From Marinobacter sp. (GTDB lineage Bacteria > Pseudomonadota > Gammaproteobacteria > Pseudomonadales > Oleiphilaceae), in contig NZ_JBBDSR010000070.1 in the NCBI RefSeq assembly GCF_040904845.1, positions 10,475-74,474 on the forward strand: 64,000 nt of DNA, read 5' to 3'. Made by a program: the position numbers and the translations under genes. Under the pieces are notes generated by a model that saw only the letters and a list, made by a program, of their open reading frames with translations, had not been told where the DNA came from and did no database searches. Shown one piece after another: positions 1 through 10,365 of this stretch; the first letter of the stretch is position 1; each line of letters starts with the position of its first letter.

Positions 1-1
1 T

Positions 2-307
2 CAGCAGGAATCCGGGCTTCATGACGTGCTGGAGTATCGCCGACGGGTAGACCCTGCCCTGGAACAGCTGATGGACGAGGGCGAAGCAGTGCTGATGGAG
101 CGGGTGCGGGCATTCGTTGCCCGGTATGTGCGGGACGATGTGGAAACCACCGCGTTCTGCCTGTTTGCCATGGCCGAGGGCATCGTTCACCGGCATGTTT
201 TCCAGGGGCATGACGATGTAAAGCGGGACGACCTGATCGAGAAAGGCACGCAAATACTGGCCGCCTATTTTGAAAGCCAGACCAACATTCAGAACCACAA
301 AACGTGA
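2..307 (+). CDS. TetR-family regulator, C-terminal effector-domain part (5' end outside window)
   Basis: The frame is open from the window edge to TGA 305-307. The helical C-terminal pattern (FCLFAMAEGIVHRHVF) is TetR-like, and it lies directly upstream of an amidohydrolase gene. Confidence 0.5.
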   Translation, partial: QQESGLHDVLEYRRRVDPALEQLMDEGEAVLMERVRAFVARYVRDDVETTAFCLFAMAEGIVHRHVFQGHDDVKRDDLIEKGTQILAAYFESQTNIQNHKT

Positions 308-314
308 GACCATC

Positions 315-2201
315 ATGAACAACGCTGCAACAGACTCTGTTACCTGGGATTACCTGATTCACGGTGCCAAGGTTTTTGACGGCACCGGCGAGTTGCCCCG
401 CCGCGAGGACATCGCCATTGCCGACGGCAAAATAGCCGCCCGGGGCGAAGGACTGGACCCAAACAGTGCACGCAAGGTTATCGATGGCAGCGAATACTGG
501 GCCATGCCCGGGCTGTTTGATATCCACACCCATTACGATCTCGAGCTGGAAGTTGCACCGGGGCTGCCGGAATCCGTTCGTCACGGCACCACCACCGTGG
601 TCATCGCCAACTGCAGCCTGGGGCTGGCTTTTGGTTCCCAGCGCAAGGACGGCGCTGACCCGATTGTGGACTGCTACGCCCGGGTCGAAAATATTCCAAA
701 AGAGGTGCTTCGCGCCACCGCGGACAAAGTGGACTGGGAAAACCCGAAGGCCTACCTGCAGCACCTGAACAAGCTCAGCCTCGGCCCAAACCTGGTGACC
801 ATGCTGCCCCATTCCATGCTCAGAATTGAAGTAATGGGCTTTGACGCCAGCATCTCCAGAGAGCCCACCGAAGACGAGTTGCAGGCGATGGAGGCACTGC
901 TGGAACAGGCGCTGGATGACGGTTACGCTGGCTTTTCCACCGACGCCCTGCCTTTCCACTATCTGGCGAACCAGCCCAATACCCGCAAGACCATTCCCAC
1001 CCAGTTTGCCAAGTACGCCGAAATCAAACGGTTGACGGACGTGGTGCGTCGCAAAGGCGGCGTGTGGCAGGCAACGCCACCCAAGGACAGCACCATTGGC
1101 ACCCTCAAAACCTTTTTGCTCAGCTGCGGCCGGCTCCACGGCAAACCGCTGAAAACCACGGTGGTGGCGGCACTGGATGTGCAGAGCAATCGCAAGATCA
1201 TACGGCTGGCCCGCTTGCTGGCGCGGGTACTTAACTCCCGCTTGCTGAAGGGCGACTTTCACATGCAGGCCCTGGCTGCGCCCTTCAAGGTCTGGTCCGA
1301 TGGCGCGGTAACGCCGCTGTCCGAGGAAATCGAAGAGCTGCGGATTCTTAACGAAACCGAACTGGAAGACCGCGAAGGCCGGATGAAAATCCTCAACGAT
1401 CCAGAGTACATTCAACGCTTCAAGGCGATGTGGATGAGCGGCAAAACCGGTTTCGGCCTGAGCCGCCTCAAACGCCTGTTACGGCTCGAAGATTATGCGT
1501 TCAACCGCACTCTGGAAGACATGACCATCGACGTCTGCCCGCTCAAAGCGTGGGAAGGCAAAACCTTTGCGGACGTGTTTGACCGGGTAAAGGCCGCCAA
1601 CTCAGACGAGGCCGTCCAGGGGGGGGGAGCAGAGACCACCCTGCTGAAAGATTACTTCACCAACGTAAAGGACGAAGGCGATTTCGTGCTGGCCATGCTG
1701 CGGGCGTTTGACCGGGATCTGAGCTGGCACACCGTTTCCGCCAACCGCGACGAAGGCATGGTGCGCAACCTGTTGATGGACCGCCAGCTACTGCCAGGAT
1801 TTAATGACAGCGGGGCTCACCTGACCAACATGGCGTTTTACGATGGCAACCTGAGGGCGCTGAAGATGGCCTCCGACGGTGGCGATATCGATGTGGCCTA
1901 CATCGTCCGCCGCCTCACCCGTGACCCGGCTCGCGTGTTCGGGGTGAAAGGAGGCAGCATGGAAGTGGGCGATCAGGCAGACCTGACGTTGATCGATCCG
2001 TCTGCTCTGCGGCGTTTGGACCACAACAACACGGTTAAGCGCCAGTACCGCGACGAGTTCCAGCACGAACAGCTGGTTAACCGCACCGACGGCGTGGTGC
2101 CACTGGTGATGATCGCTGGCCATCCGGCCTGGCAGGGGGATGATTTTGATGCCTCACTAGGCAGCAGGAAAATGGGGACGGTGCTGGAGACAACGTTTTA
2201 A
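315..2201 (+). CDS. Amidohydrolase-superfamily protein, N-acyl-D-amino-acid deacylase-like
   Basis: N-terminal DYLIHGAKVFDGTG..IAIADGKI and the metal-binding GLFDIHTHYD motif are present. Start moved from 270 to ATG 315, just after the upstream TGA at 305-307. Confidence 0.75.
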   Translation: MNNAATDSVTWDYLIHGAKVFDGTGELPRREDIAIADGKIAARGEGLDPNSARKVIDGSEYWAMPGLFDIHTHYDLELEVAPGLPESVRHGTTTVVIANCSLGLAFGSQRKDGADPIVDCYARVENIPKEVLRATADKVDWENPKAYLQHLNKLSLGPNLVTMLPHSMLRIEVMGFDASISREPTEDELQAMEALLEQALDDGYAGFSTDALPFHYLANQPNTRKTIPTQFAKYAEIKRLTDVVRRKGGVWQATPPKDSTIGTLKTFLLSCGRLHGKPLKTTVVAALDVQSNRKIIRLARLLARVLNSRLLKGDFHMQALAAPFKVWSDGAVTPLSEEIEELRILNETELEDREGRMKILNDPEYIQRFKAMWMSGKTGFGLSRLKRLLRLEDYAFNRTLEDMTIDVCPLKAWEGKTFADVFDRVKAANSDEAVQGGGAETTLLKDYFTNVKDEGDFVLAMLRAFDRDLSWHTVSANRDEGMVRNLLMDRQLLPGFNDSGAHLTNMAFYDGNLRALKMASDGGDIDVAYIVRRLTRDPARVFGVKGGSMEVGDQADLTLIDPSALRRLDHNNTVKRQYRDEFQHEQLVNRTDGVVPLVMIAGHPAWQGDDFDASLGSRKMGTVLETTF

Positions 2202-2238
2202 TCCGTTGTTAAGTTCACACTATCCGCAGATCCAGCAC

Positions 2239-2272
2239 GAAAGCCCTGGGAGCAGTTGCTTCCGGGGCTTTC
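2239..2272. terminator. Hairpin between convergent genes (possible bidirectional terminator)
   Basis: GAAAGCCC..GGGCTTTC stem with a partly paired interior. It lies between the stops at 2201 (+) and 2283 (-). There is no strong T-run. Confidence 0.4.
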
Positions 2273-2282
2273 ATCTCCGGTG

Positions 2283-3356
2283 TTACGGGCGCGCTTCCAG
2301 AACAATGTTGAACGGCGTTTCCGCCGCCCGGCGTACGTGTCGGAAACCACCCTCCTTGATGACTTCCGTCAGTTTACGCTCGCCAGCCTGGGCACCAAGC
2401 GCGAGCCCCGTCTGTTGCGCCAGGGCCGTAGGCACGCAGATGCTGGTCGAGGCTGCGTAGAACAACCGCCCTACCGGGTTGAAATTATCACTCAGCTCAT
2501 CGCCGGCCATAGGCTCCACGATCATCCAGGTACCGTCCGGCTTGAGCTGCCTGACTATGTGGGCAGCAGCCCCAACCGGGTCGCCCATGTCATGCAGGGC
2601 ATCGAAGCAGGTCACAAGATCAAAATCACCCTCTTTGAAATCGGCCGCCGTTGCCTGTTCAAAGCGAAGCCGACCGGAATCCAGGCCCTCCTCATCACGA
2701 TGCTCGTTGGCAGCTTCAATGGAGCCACCGTGGAAGTCGTAACCGATGAAGGTCGAATTCGGAAATGCGGTCGCCATCAACAGCGTTGAATGACCATGGC
2801 CGCAGCCGATATCAGCCACCTTTGCACCCCGTTCGAGCTTTTCGACCACGCCGTCCAGCGCCGGCAACCAGTTCTGCACCAGATTGTGCACGTAGCCCGG
2901 GCGAAAGAACCTCGCCACCGCGCAGAACATGCACGGAGCCTGGTCACCCCAGGCCACGCCCTCCCCCGTGCGAAATGCATTTCTCACCTTGGGCTCGTTC
3001 TCAAAGGTGGTGAAGGCGTTCTCAAAGCCCCCCATCATGTAAACCGGGCTGTCTTCGTCGGCGAACACCATCGCTTGTTCCGGGGGCAACCGGAACCGTT
3101 TGGTTGAGGCGTCGTAGTCCAGATAGTTTGAGGCGGCGTGATGGGCCAGCCATTCACGAAGATACCGCTCAGAATAGCCGGTACGTTCGGCCAGTTCCGC
3201 CGAAGTGGCGGGGCCTCCGCTCTGCAACTCCCGATACAGCCCGAGTTTATCTCCAATCTTCACCAGCGCCGCACTGTACGCGCCTCCCAGGTCACCAAGC
3301 ACCTGCCCCACAAAGGCATTGAGCTTGTTTTCATCAAACATTTGAATGGCTTCCAT
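2283..3356 (-). CDS. Class I SAM-dependent methyltransferase with N-terminal winged-helix-like domain
   Basis: SAM-binding motif VADIGCGHGHS is present. GGGAGAAAG Shine-Dalgarno lies upstream of ATG 3356. Confidence 0.75.
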   Translation of the reverse strand: MEAIQMFDENKLNAFVGQVLGDLGGAYSAALVKIGDKLGLYRELQSGGPATSAELAERTGYSERYLREWLAHHAASNYLDYDASTKRFRLPPEQAMVFADEDSPVYMMGGFENAFTTFENEPKVRNAFRTGEGVAWGDQAPCMFCAVARFFRPGYVHNLVQNWLPALDGVVEKLERGAKVADIGCGHGHSTLLMATAFPNSTFIGYDFHGGSIEAANEHRDEEGLDSGRLRFEQATAADFKEGDFDLVTCFDALHDMGDPVGAAAHIVRQLKPDGTWMIVEPMAGDELSDNFNPVGRLFYAASTSICVPTALAQQTGLALGAQAGERKLTEVIKEGGFRHVRRAAETPFNIVLEARP

Positions 3357-3509
3357 GATCTTTCTCCCTGAAACAGTAAAGGTATGAGTCTGTCGCAGCA
3401 GCGAACGTACACTCTTCCCTTTCAGAAACCGGGCGCGCGGCAGGCAGTACTATAGTGGGAGGATAGGTCTTCCGGATGAATGATCATCCGTCCGGAGCGT
3501 ATGACTGTT

Positions 3510-4559
3510 CTACCGGATTTGTTGAACCGACCGCTCACGACGCCAGGTCGCGGGTGGCTGGCCCACGGCACGTTTGAAGGACCGGCTGAAGGCTTCTTCC
3601 GATTCATAGCCCACTTCATGGGCGATGGTGGCCATCTTGGCATTGCTCTCGACCAACAGATTGGATGCAATCTGAATGCGCCAGCATCTCAGGTAATGCA
3701 TCGGGGGTTGACCGACCAACTCGACAAACCGCTCCTGCAGCGCGGAGCGTGAAAGACCAGCATGGTCAGAGAGTTTTGCCAGCGTCCAGGCTTCCGCCGG
3801 CCGGCTGTGCATCAGGCTGAGAACTCGGGCAACGTGTCGATCCCGCAGTGCGGCGAGCCATCCGGTCTGGCTTTTTGGCACGGAACTCAGGTAAAGCCGG
3901 ACCAGATCAACTAACATCATTTCGCTCATCCGTTCGAGAACGGCTTCACCACCGGGCCTGGCCCCACGGGACTCCGTTTCCGCAAGCCTGGCGAGCTGAC
4001 CGGCCCAGCTGTCCTCCGACAACTCGCTGGCTCGGGCATGAATCACCCTTGGTAATGCGGAAAGCATAGGATTGAACGGACCGCTGTCGCAGCCCAGAAA
4101 GCCGCACAGCAACGTGGCAGCGGGCGGATAAGAGGCGATTTCAGTTTGAGGGGCGGCCGGCTGAATGCGTTTATCATCTTGTTGGCGAACCATGAACGGT
4201 AAGCCGGTGCGCAGCTTCAGATTGGCAATCAGGAACGGAAGGTCCGGTTCTGCCCGCAAGCCAGGGACACTGGACATCACGTGGGCATCCCCGTGGGGAA
4301 AGAGCACGACATCCCCCGCATTCATTTGAAACGGTGGCTCCCCTGTTATACCGGCCCAACAGGTGCCACCCACCACGACATGGTATTCCATCAGGTGTTC
4401 GGACCCCGGCATCACGGCATTGGCAATCAGCGCAGAAGCGGGTGCCTCGGTGACCCAGGTGCCCACACATTCGACATTGAAAAACAGAGCCCCGCGCAGG
4501 CGAATACGGCGAAGTAATCCGGAAAGCACATCCTCACTCATGGTGGTTGCTCCGGTCAT
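3510..4559 (-). CDS. AraC-family transcriptional regulator with N-terminal cupin-like domain
   Basis: C-terminal double HTH (LSDHAGLSRSALQERF ... IAHEVGYESEEAFSRSFKRAVGQPP). Divergent from the threonine aldolase gene. Confidence 0.8.
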   Translation of the reverse strand: MTGATTMSEDVLSGLLRRIRLRGALFFNVECVGTWVTEAPASALIANAVMPGSEHLMEYHVVVGGTCWAGITGEPPFQMNAGDVVLFPHGDAHVMSSVPGLRAEPDLPFLIANLKLRTGLPFMVRQQDDKRIQPAAPQTEIASYPPAATLLCGFLGCDSGPFNPMLSALPRVIHARASELSEDSWAGQLARLAETESRGARPGGEAVLERMSEMMLVDLVRLYLSSVPKSQTGWLAALRDRHVARVLSLMHSRPAEAWTLAKLSDHAGLSRSALQERFVELVGQPPMHYLRCWRIQIASNLLVESNAKMATIAHEVGYESEEAFSRSFKRAVGQPPATWRRERSVQQIR

Positions 4560-4742
4560 TGAAGGTTGCCGAGACTAACACCTGAACGTCTGATCAAACC
4601 CTATTCAACCATAACCTGAGACGGAAAGCGCTCAGAGCTTCCTCACCGTCACTTAATGTTCAAACGTCTACTGGAAATCGGAGGCTTTTCCTGTAATTTG
4701 GACGTTTCATAGCAAACTCAGGGTACCGCGGGAGCGCATAAC

Positions 4743-5780
4743 GTGTCAGATTCCGAACAGTTCGCCAGTGATAATTACAGCGGAATATGCCCCGAGGCCT
4801 GGAACTCGATGGCGGCGGCCAACCGGATGGATGAACCGGCCTACGGTGAGGATCGCTGGACCACGAGAGCGGCAGACGGCCTGCGGGATCTGTTCGGTAC
4901 CGACTGCGACGTGTTTTTTGTGTTCAACGGCACCGCCGCCAACTCCCTGGCTTTGGCGTCTATCGGGCAGTCCTTTCACAGCGTGATCTGCCACGAACTG
5001 GCTCACATCGAGACCGATGAGTGCGGTGGGCCGGAATACGCGTCCAATGGGGCAAAACTGCTCCTTGGCGAAGGCCGCAATGGCAAACTCACACCCCAGA
5101 GCATTGAACACCTGGTCACCAAGCGCACCGACATTCATTACCCCAAACCCAAGGCGGTCAGCATTACCCAGGCCACCGAAGTGGGCACGGTGTACACCCC
5201 GGACGAATTGCGCGCCATCCGCGCGGTGGCTGACCGGCACAAACTGAATGTCCATATGGACGGAGCCCGCTTTGCCAATGCGGTCGCCGCCCTGGGCGTG
5301 CACCCGTCTGAAATCACCTGGAAAGCCGGCGTGGATGTGCTGTGTTTTTCCGGCACCAAAAACGGACTGGCTCTGGGGGAGGCGGTGATTTTCTTTAACC
5401 GCCAGCTGGCCGAGGATTTTGAATGGCGCTGCAAGCAGGCCGGGCAACTGGCCTCCAAGATGCGATACATCTCGGCCCCCTGGTGTGGCCTGCTGGAAAA
5501 CGATGTCTGGCTGAGCAATGCCCAACACGCCAACGCCTGCGCTGCCCGCCTTGCGGAAGGGCTTCAGGGCTTGCCCGGGGTTTCCTTGCGCTACCCGCGC
5601 GAGGTCAACGGGGTATTTGTGGATCTGCCCGAACCCCTGCAGGCCGCTCTGCGTGATCGCGGCTGGCGCTTCTACGATTTCATCGGGGGCAGCTCACGGC
5701 TGATGTGTTCCTGGTCGACCAGCGAGCAGCAGGTCGACCGGTTTCTTGCCGATGTGAAGTCGCTTTGTGAACGCCCCTAA
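4743..5780 (+). CDS. ltaE: Low-specificity L-threonine aldolase (PLP-dependent beta-eliminating lyase family)
   Basis: N-terminal FASDNYSG, NGTAANSLAL and the GTKNG PLP-lysine region are present. GTG start is preceded by GGGAG. Confidence 0.8.
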   Translation: MSDSEQFASDNYSGICPEAWNSMAAANRMDEPAYGEDRWTTRAADGLRDLFGTDCDVFFVFNGTAANSLALASIGQSFHSVICHELAHIETDECGGPEYASNGAKLLLGEGRNGKLTPQSIEHLVTKRTDIHYPKPKAVSITQATEVGTVYTPDELRAIRAVADRHKLNVHMDGARFANAVAALGVHPSEITWKAGVDVLCFSGTKNGLALGEAVIFFNRQLAEDFEWRCKQAGQLASKMRYISAPWCGLLENDVWLSNAQHANACAARLAEGLQGLPGVSLRYPREVNGVFVDLPEPLQAALRDRGWRFYDFIGGSSRLMCSWSTSEQQVDRFLADVKSLCERP

Positions 5781-5845
5781 AAACTGGATAATGGCCGCCA
5801 CTAACGTCACGTCGCGCCACATTCTTCAATCCAGGTGAATCTGTA

Positions 5846-8029
5846 ATGGAAATCAACGTCAACTTTCTCGACAACCTCAGACTTGAAGCCAAGTTTGATG
5901 ATTTCACTGTCATTACCGACCAGCCCATTCGCTACAAGGGCGATGGTTCCGCGCCCAGCCCGTTTGATTACTTCCTGGCATCGTCTGCCTTGTGTGCGGC
6001 CTATTTCGTGCGGGTGTACTGCAAGGCACGGGACATTCCCACGGAGAACATCCGCCTGTCCCAGAACAACATCGTGGACCCGGAAAACCGCTACAACCAG
6101 ATCTTCAAAATTCAGGTGGAATTGCCGGAAGACATCTCCGATAAAGATCGGCAAGGTATCCTGCGGTCAATTGATCGATGCACGGTCAAGAAAGTGGTGC
6201 AAACCAACCCGACCTTCGAGATCGAAACCGTCGACAACCTCGGCTCAGACGCCCAGGCCCTGCTGATGACCCAGCCCGAGGGCGGCACCCAAACCTTTAT
6301 TGAAGGCAAAGATCTGCCCCTGGAGCAGACCATCGCCAACATGACCCGCATCCTCGAGGATCTGGGCATGAAAATCGAGATTGCCTCCTGGCGCAACATT
6401 GTGCCCCATGTGTGGTCACTGCACATTCGCGATGCGGCCTCACCGACGTGTTTCACCAATGGCAAAGGGGCCACCAAGGAAAGCGCTTTGTGTTCAGCGC
6501 TGGGCGAATTCATCGAACGGCTGAACTGCAACTTCTTCTACAACGACCAGTTTTTCGGGGAAGACATCGCCAACAGCGAGTTCGTGCATTACCCGAATGA
6601 AAAATGGTTCAGGCCGGGTCCCGATGACGAGTTGCCGGAGGGCATTCTGGATGATCACTGCCTGGCGATCTACAACCCGGATGGCGAGCTGTTTGGCTCC
6701 AACCTGATTGACACCAACTCCGGCAACACCGAACGCGGCATTGTATCCCTGCCCTACGTACGTCAGTCAGACGGCGAGGTGGTGTATTTTCCGTCAAACC
6801 TGATCGAGAACCTGTTCCTCAGCAACGGCATGAGTGCCGGTAATACTCTGCAGGAAGCCCAGGTTCAGTGTCTCTCGGAAATTTTTGAGCGGGCGGTGAA
6901 GAAGCAGATCATCGAAGAAGAGCTCGCACTGCCGGACGTGCCCATGCACGTGTTGGAAAAATATCCAAACATCCTGGAAGGCGTTCAGGCACTGGAAGCC
7001 CAGGGCTTCCCCACTCTGGTCAAGGATGCCTCCCTCGGCGGCCAGTTCCCGGTGATGTGCGTCACCCTGATGAACCCCCGCAACGGCGGTGTGTTCGCCT
7101 CTTTCGGTGCCCACCCGAGCTTTGAAGTCGCCCTTGAACGAAGCCTGACCGAACTGCTTCAGGGCCGCAGTTTCGAGGGCCTGAACGACGTGCCACCGCC
7201 CACGTTCAACAGCCTGGCGGTCACCGAGCCCAACAACTTTGTGGAACACTTTATTGATTCCACGGGGGTGGTGTCATGGCGCTTCTTCAGTGCGAAGTCG
7301 GATGTGGAATTTTGTGAATGGGATTTTTCCGGCACCACCGCCGAAGAAGCCGCGGGCCTGTTCAGCATTCTGGAGGACTTGGGCAAGGAAACCTACGTGG
7401 CCGTATACGAAGAGCTGGGCGCACCGGTGTGCCGCATCCTGGTGCCTGGCTATTCGGAAGTGTATCCGGCGGACGACCTGGTGTGGGACAACACCAACAA
7501 GGCGCTGGATTATCGCGAGGATATCCTCAACCTGCACCGCCTGAGCGATGATCAACTGAGCGATCTGGTGGAGCGCCTGGAAGAAAGCCAGATGGATGAC
7601 TACACCGACATCATCACCCTGATCGGTATTGAATTCGATGAGAACACGGTATGGGGGCAGCTCACCATTCTTGAGCTGAAGCTGCTGATCAATCTGGCTC
7701 TGCAGCAACATGAAGAAGCCCTGGAGCGGGTGGAGACCTTCCTGCAGTTCAATGACAACACCGTGGAGCGTAATCTGTTTTACCGCGCCGTGAGCGCGGT
7801 GCTGGAAATCACCCTCGATGATGAACTTGAGCTGGCGGATTTTCTGGTCAATCTGCAGCGAATGTATGGCGAGGACACCATCACCAATGTGGTGGGCCTG
7901 GTGACTGGCGAGGTCCGTTTCCATGGTCTGACACCGACCAGTATGCGGTTGGAGGGTCTGGATAAGCACCTGCGCCTGGTCGACAGCTATAAAAAGCTTC
8001 ACGCGGCCCGAGCAGCAAAAATTGTCTAA
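5846..8029 (+). CDS. OsmC-domain / YcaO-domain fusion protein with C-terminal helical (TPR-like) region
   Basis: aa 1-130 are OsmC/Ohr-like, with two Cys (SSALCAAY, IDRCTVKK). The YcaO core carries two ExxER ATP/Mg motifs (ALGEFIERL, CLSEIFERA). AGGTGA Shine-Dalgarno lies 7 nt before the ATG. Confidence 0.85.
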   Translation: MEINVNFLDNLRLEAKFDDFTVITDQPIRYKGDGSAPSPFDYFLASSALCAAYFVRVYCKARDIPTENIRLSQNNIVDPENRYNQIFKIQVELPEDISDKDRQGILRSIDRCTVKKVVQTNPTFEIETVDNLGSDAQALLMTQPEGGTQTFIEGKDLPLEQTIANMTRILEDLGMKIEIASWRNIVPHVWSLHIRDAASPTCFTNGKGATKESALCSALGEFIERLNCNFFYNDQFFGEDIANSEFVHYPNEKWFRPGPDDELPEGILDDHCLAIYNPDGELFGSNLIDTNSGNTERGIVSLPYVRQSDGEVVYFPSNLIENLFLSNGMSAGNTLQEAQVQCLSEIFERAVKKQIIEEELALPDVPMHVLEKYPNILEGVQALEAQGFPTLVKDASLGGQFPVMCVTLMNPRNGGVFASFGAHPSFEVALERSLTELLQGRSFEGLNDVPPPTFNSLAVTEPNNFVEHFIDSTGVVSWRFFSAKSDVEFCEWDFSGTTAEEAAGLFSILEDLGKETYVAVYEELGAPVCRILVPGYSEVYPADDLVWDNTNKALDYREDILNLHRLSDDQLSDLVERLEESQMDDYTDIITLIGIEFDENTVWGQLTILELKLLINLALQQHEEALERVETFLQFNDNTVERNLFYRAVSAVLEITLDDELELADFLVNLQRMYGEDTITNVVGLVTGEVRFHGLTPTSMRLEGLDKHLRLVDSYKKLHAARAAKIV

Positions 8030-8245
8030 GCTTATTTGTGTTAATTCACATCAATTTTCTTTACAGGCTTGTAACTCACACCTATGCCGTTATTCTGGAG
8101 GGTAGGTATTAACCGAGGTACGAGCCATTTTTCATCCTCAATCAGCAGTCGGTCTTGATACACCCCCCTCTTCCGGCGAGGCCGTTCCGGTCTCGCCAGC
8201 GGCATCTTTGCTGCACTCTTCAAAACCCGAAAAGGAGAACAGATC

Positions 8246-9211
8246 ATGCGAAAGCTAATGCCTGTTGCTGCGCTTTGCGCGCTATCCGTCCCGGCAATCG
8301 CCCAGGCGGATTGCGGTGAAGTGTCGATCACTGAAATGAACTGGGCCTCCAACACGGTTGTCACCAACGTCGCCAAATTCATTATGGAAGAAGGGTATGG
8401 CTGCGACGTCACTATCGTGCCCTCGGACACCGTGCCTGCTGTCACTTCGGTTGCCGAAAATGGCGAGCCGGATATCGTGACCGAACTCTGGCTGAACTCC
8501 GCCGGTGAGGCTTACCTGCGCCTGGAGGAAGAAGGCAAGATTGAGCGGCTGGCGAAAGTGCTTGATCCCGGCGGTGTCGAAGGCTGGTGGATTCCGACCT
8601 ATCTGGCGGAGAAGCACCCTGAGCTGACAACCATTGAGGGCGTCATGGAAAACCCCGAGCTGGTGGGCGGAACCTTCAACAACTGTCCGAGCGGGTGGGG
8701 CTGCCGTGTGGTCAGTGACAACCTGATCCGAGCGCTGGATCTCCAATCGTCCGGTATTGAAGTGTTTAACCACGGTTCCGGTGAGACCCTGGCGTCGTCC
8801 ATGGCCTCCGCAGTGCAGGATGAAGAGCCCTGGTTCGGCTACTATTGGGGCCCGACCATTCCACTCGGCAAGTACGACATGACCCGCGTTGAGCTGGGTG
8901 AGTACAAGGAGGATGTGCACAGCCGTAACCAGACCCAGGATGCGGACAACCCCGGCGTGTCCGAATTCCCGGCGGCGACCATCCTGACTTCTGTCACCAC
9001 CGACTTCAAAGATCGTGAACCGGAAGTGACCGAGATGCTCAGCAATCTCACGTTCAAAACCGACACCATGAGCGGTCTGTTGGCGTGGATGGACGAGAAT
9101 AACGCGTCTGCGGAGGAAGCTGCCGTGTACTTCCTGAGCAACAACAGCGACGAATGGTCCAACTGGCTGAACGAGTCCGCCCGTGAGCGCCTCGCTGCCG
9201 TGCTGAACTGA
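8246..9211 (+). CDS. proX: Glycine betaine/proline-type ABC transporter substrate-binding protein
   Basis: Signal peptide (ALCALSVPAIAQA) and ProX-like ITEMNWASN..TELW motifs are present. AAGGAG Shine-Dalgarno. First gene of a three-gene ABC operon. Confidence 0.8.
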   Translation: MRKLMPVAALCALSVPAIAQADCGEVSITEMNWASNTVVTNVAKFIMEEGYGCDVTIVPSDTVPAVTSVAENGEPDIVTELWLNSAGEAYLRLEEEGKIERLAKVLDPGGVEGWWIPTYLAEKHPELTTIEGVMENPELVGGTFNNCPSGWGCRVVSDNLIRALDLQSSGIEVFNHGSGETLASSMASAVQDEEPWFGYYWGPTIPLGKYDMTRVELGEYKEDVHSRNQTQDADNPGVSEFPAATILTSVTTDFKDREPEVTEMLSNLTFKTDTMSGLLAWMDENNASAEEAAVYFLSNNSDEWSNWLNESARERLAAVLN

Positions 9212-9319
9212 TAGCCGTCCTGCCGTGGCAGGGCCGGAACATCGGCTCTGCCCACTCCGGCTGCCGGAGTACTGCACCACAACCCATTATCCGTAATGCG
9301 CAGGGGACACTGAACGCAA

Positions 9320-10354
9320 ATGGCTAGCTATGATTTCCTGTTTTCATCACTCGGCCTTGAGCAGTGGTGTGCCGAAGGACAAAGCGATGCACCCATGACC
9401 ATGGCGGCACTGCTTAGAAAATCTCAGGGCACCCAGGCGGAGCCCGACTCCCTCTGGGACCTGCCTTTTCCCTCCATGGATGCGCTTAATGCCTCCTGCG
9501 CGTCGTTTCCCAAATCCCGGGAACTGACCAGAGGCCTGGAAGAGGGCTTTCTGGCCATCAAGGACAGCCTCAGCATTGTGCTGGATCCACTGACTCAACC
9601 ACTCAGTTGGGCCCTCGACGGTGCCCTCTACAGCATGCTGACTACGCCCTGGTGGATCGTCATCCCGGTGCTTCTGGCGGTGGTGTTTGTGGTCTCCAAA
9701 TCCTGGAAGCTGGTGGCGTTCGTGGGTGCCAGCCTTGCCCTGCTGGCCTTTATCGATTACTACGACTACGCCATGCAAACACTGGCGATTATTTTTGTGT
9801 GCGCATTTCTGTGCGTGATGATCGGCGTGCCCATCGGCATTGCCATGTCCCGCAGTGACATGATGCAGCGGCTAACCATACCCGTACTGGATATGCTGCA
9901 AACGTTGCCCCCCTTCGTGTACCTGATCCCGCTGATCTTCCTGTTCAGTGTGACCGAATCCAAACTCTATGGCATCGCTATCATCCTCTACGCCATAGTG
10001 CCGGTGATCCGCCTGACCAACCTGGGTATCCGCCTGGTGGACAAGGATGTGATCGAGGCCGCCGATGCCTTCGGCATGACCAGCCGCCAGAAACTCTTCA
10101 AGGTTCAAATCCCCCTGGCCCTGCCCAACATCATGGCCGGCGTGAACCAGACCATCATGATGAGCCTGGCGATGGTAGTGATTGCCTCCCTGGTATCTGC
10201 TCCGGGCCTGGGTGTACTGGTGCTGCAGGGCATCCGTAATCTGGAGTTGGGCGTGGGCCTGGTGGCCGGCCTGGGCATCGTGATTCTGGCCGTCGTGCTT
10301 GACCGTGTGACCAAGGCGTCTCTGGCGCGCATCAACGCCTCACAGAAACAGTAA
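9320..10354 (+). CDS. proW: Glycine betaine/proline ABC transporter permease
   Basis: Multi-TM BPD-type permease with a long N-terminal extension, as in ProW. The exact start is uncertain. Confidence 0.8.
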   Translation: MASYDFLFSSLGLEQWCAEGQSDAPMTMAALLRKSQGTQAEPDSLWDLPFPSMDALNASCASFPKSRELTRGLEEGFLAIKDSLSIVLDPLTQPLSWALDGALYSMLTTPWWIVIPVLLAVVFVVSKSWKLVAFVGASLALLAFIDYYDYAMQTLAIIFVCAFLCVMIGVPIGIAMSRSDMMQRLTIPVLDMLQTLPPFVYLIPLIFLFSVTESKLYGIAIILYAIVPVIRLTNLGIRLVDKDVIEAADAFGMTSRQKLFKVQIPLALPNIMAGVNQTIMMSLAMVVIASLVSAPGLGVLVLQGIRNLELGVGLVAGLGIVILAVVLDRVTKASLARINASQKQ

Positions 10355-10365
10355 GGGAGCGAATT

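Noticed and set aside
8084-8158. 24-codon ORF (MPLFWRVGINRGTSHFSSSISSRS), Ser-rich at its C-terminus, just downstream of the YcaO gene. It is tempting as a RiPP precursor peptide.
   Set aside because: It has no Shine-Dalgarno sequence and no leader-like features, and an ORF this short is expected by chance. I cannot show conservation. I kept it as a note only; conservation in orthologous loci would revive it.
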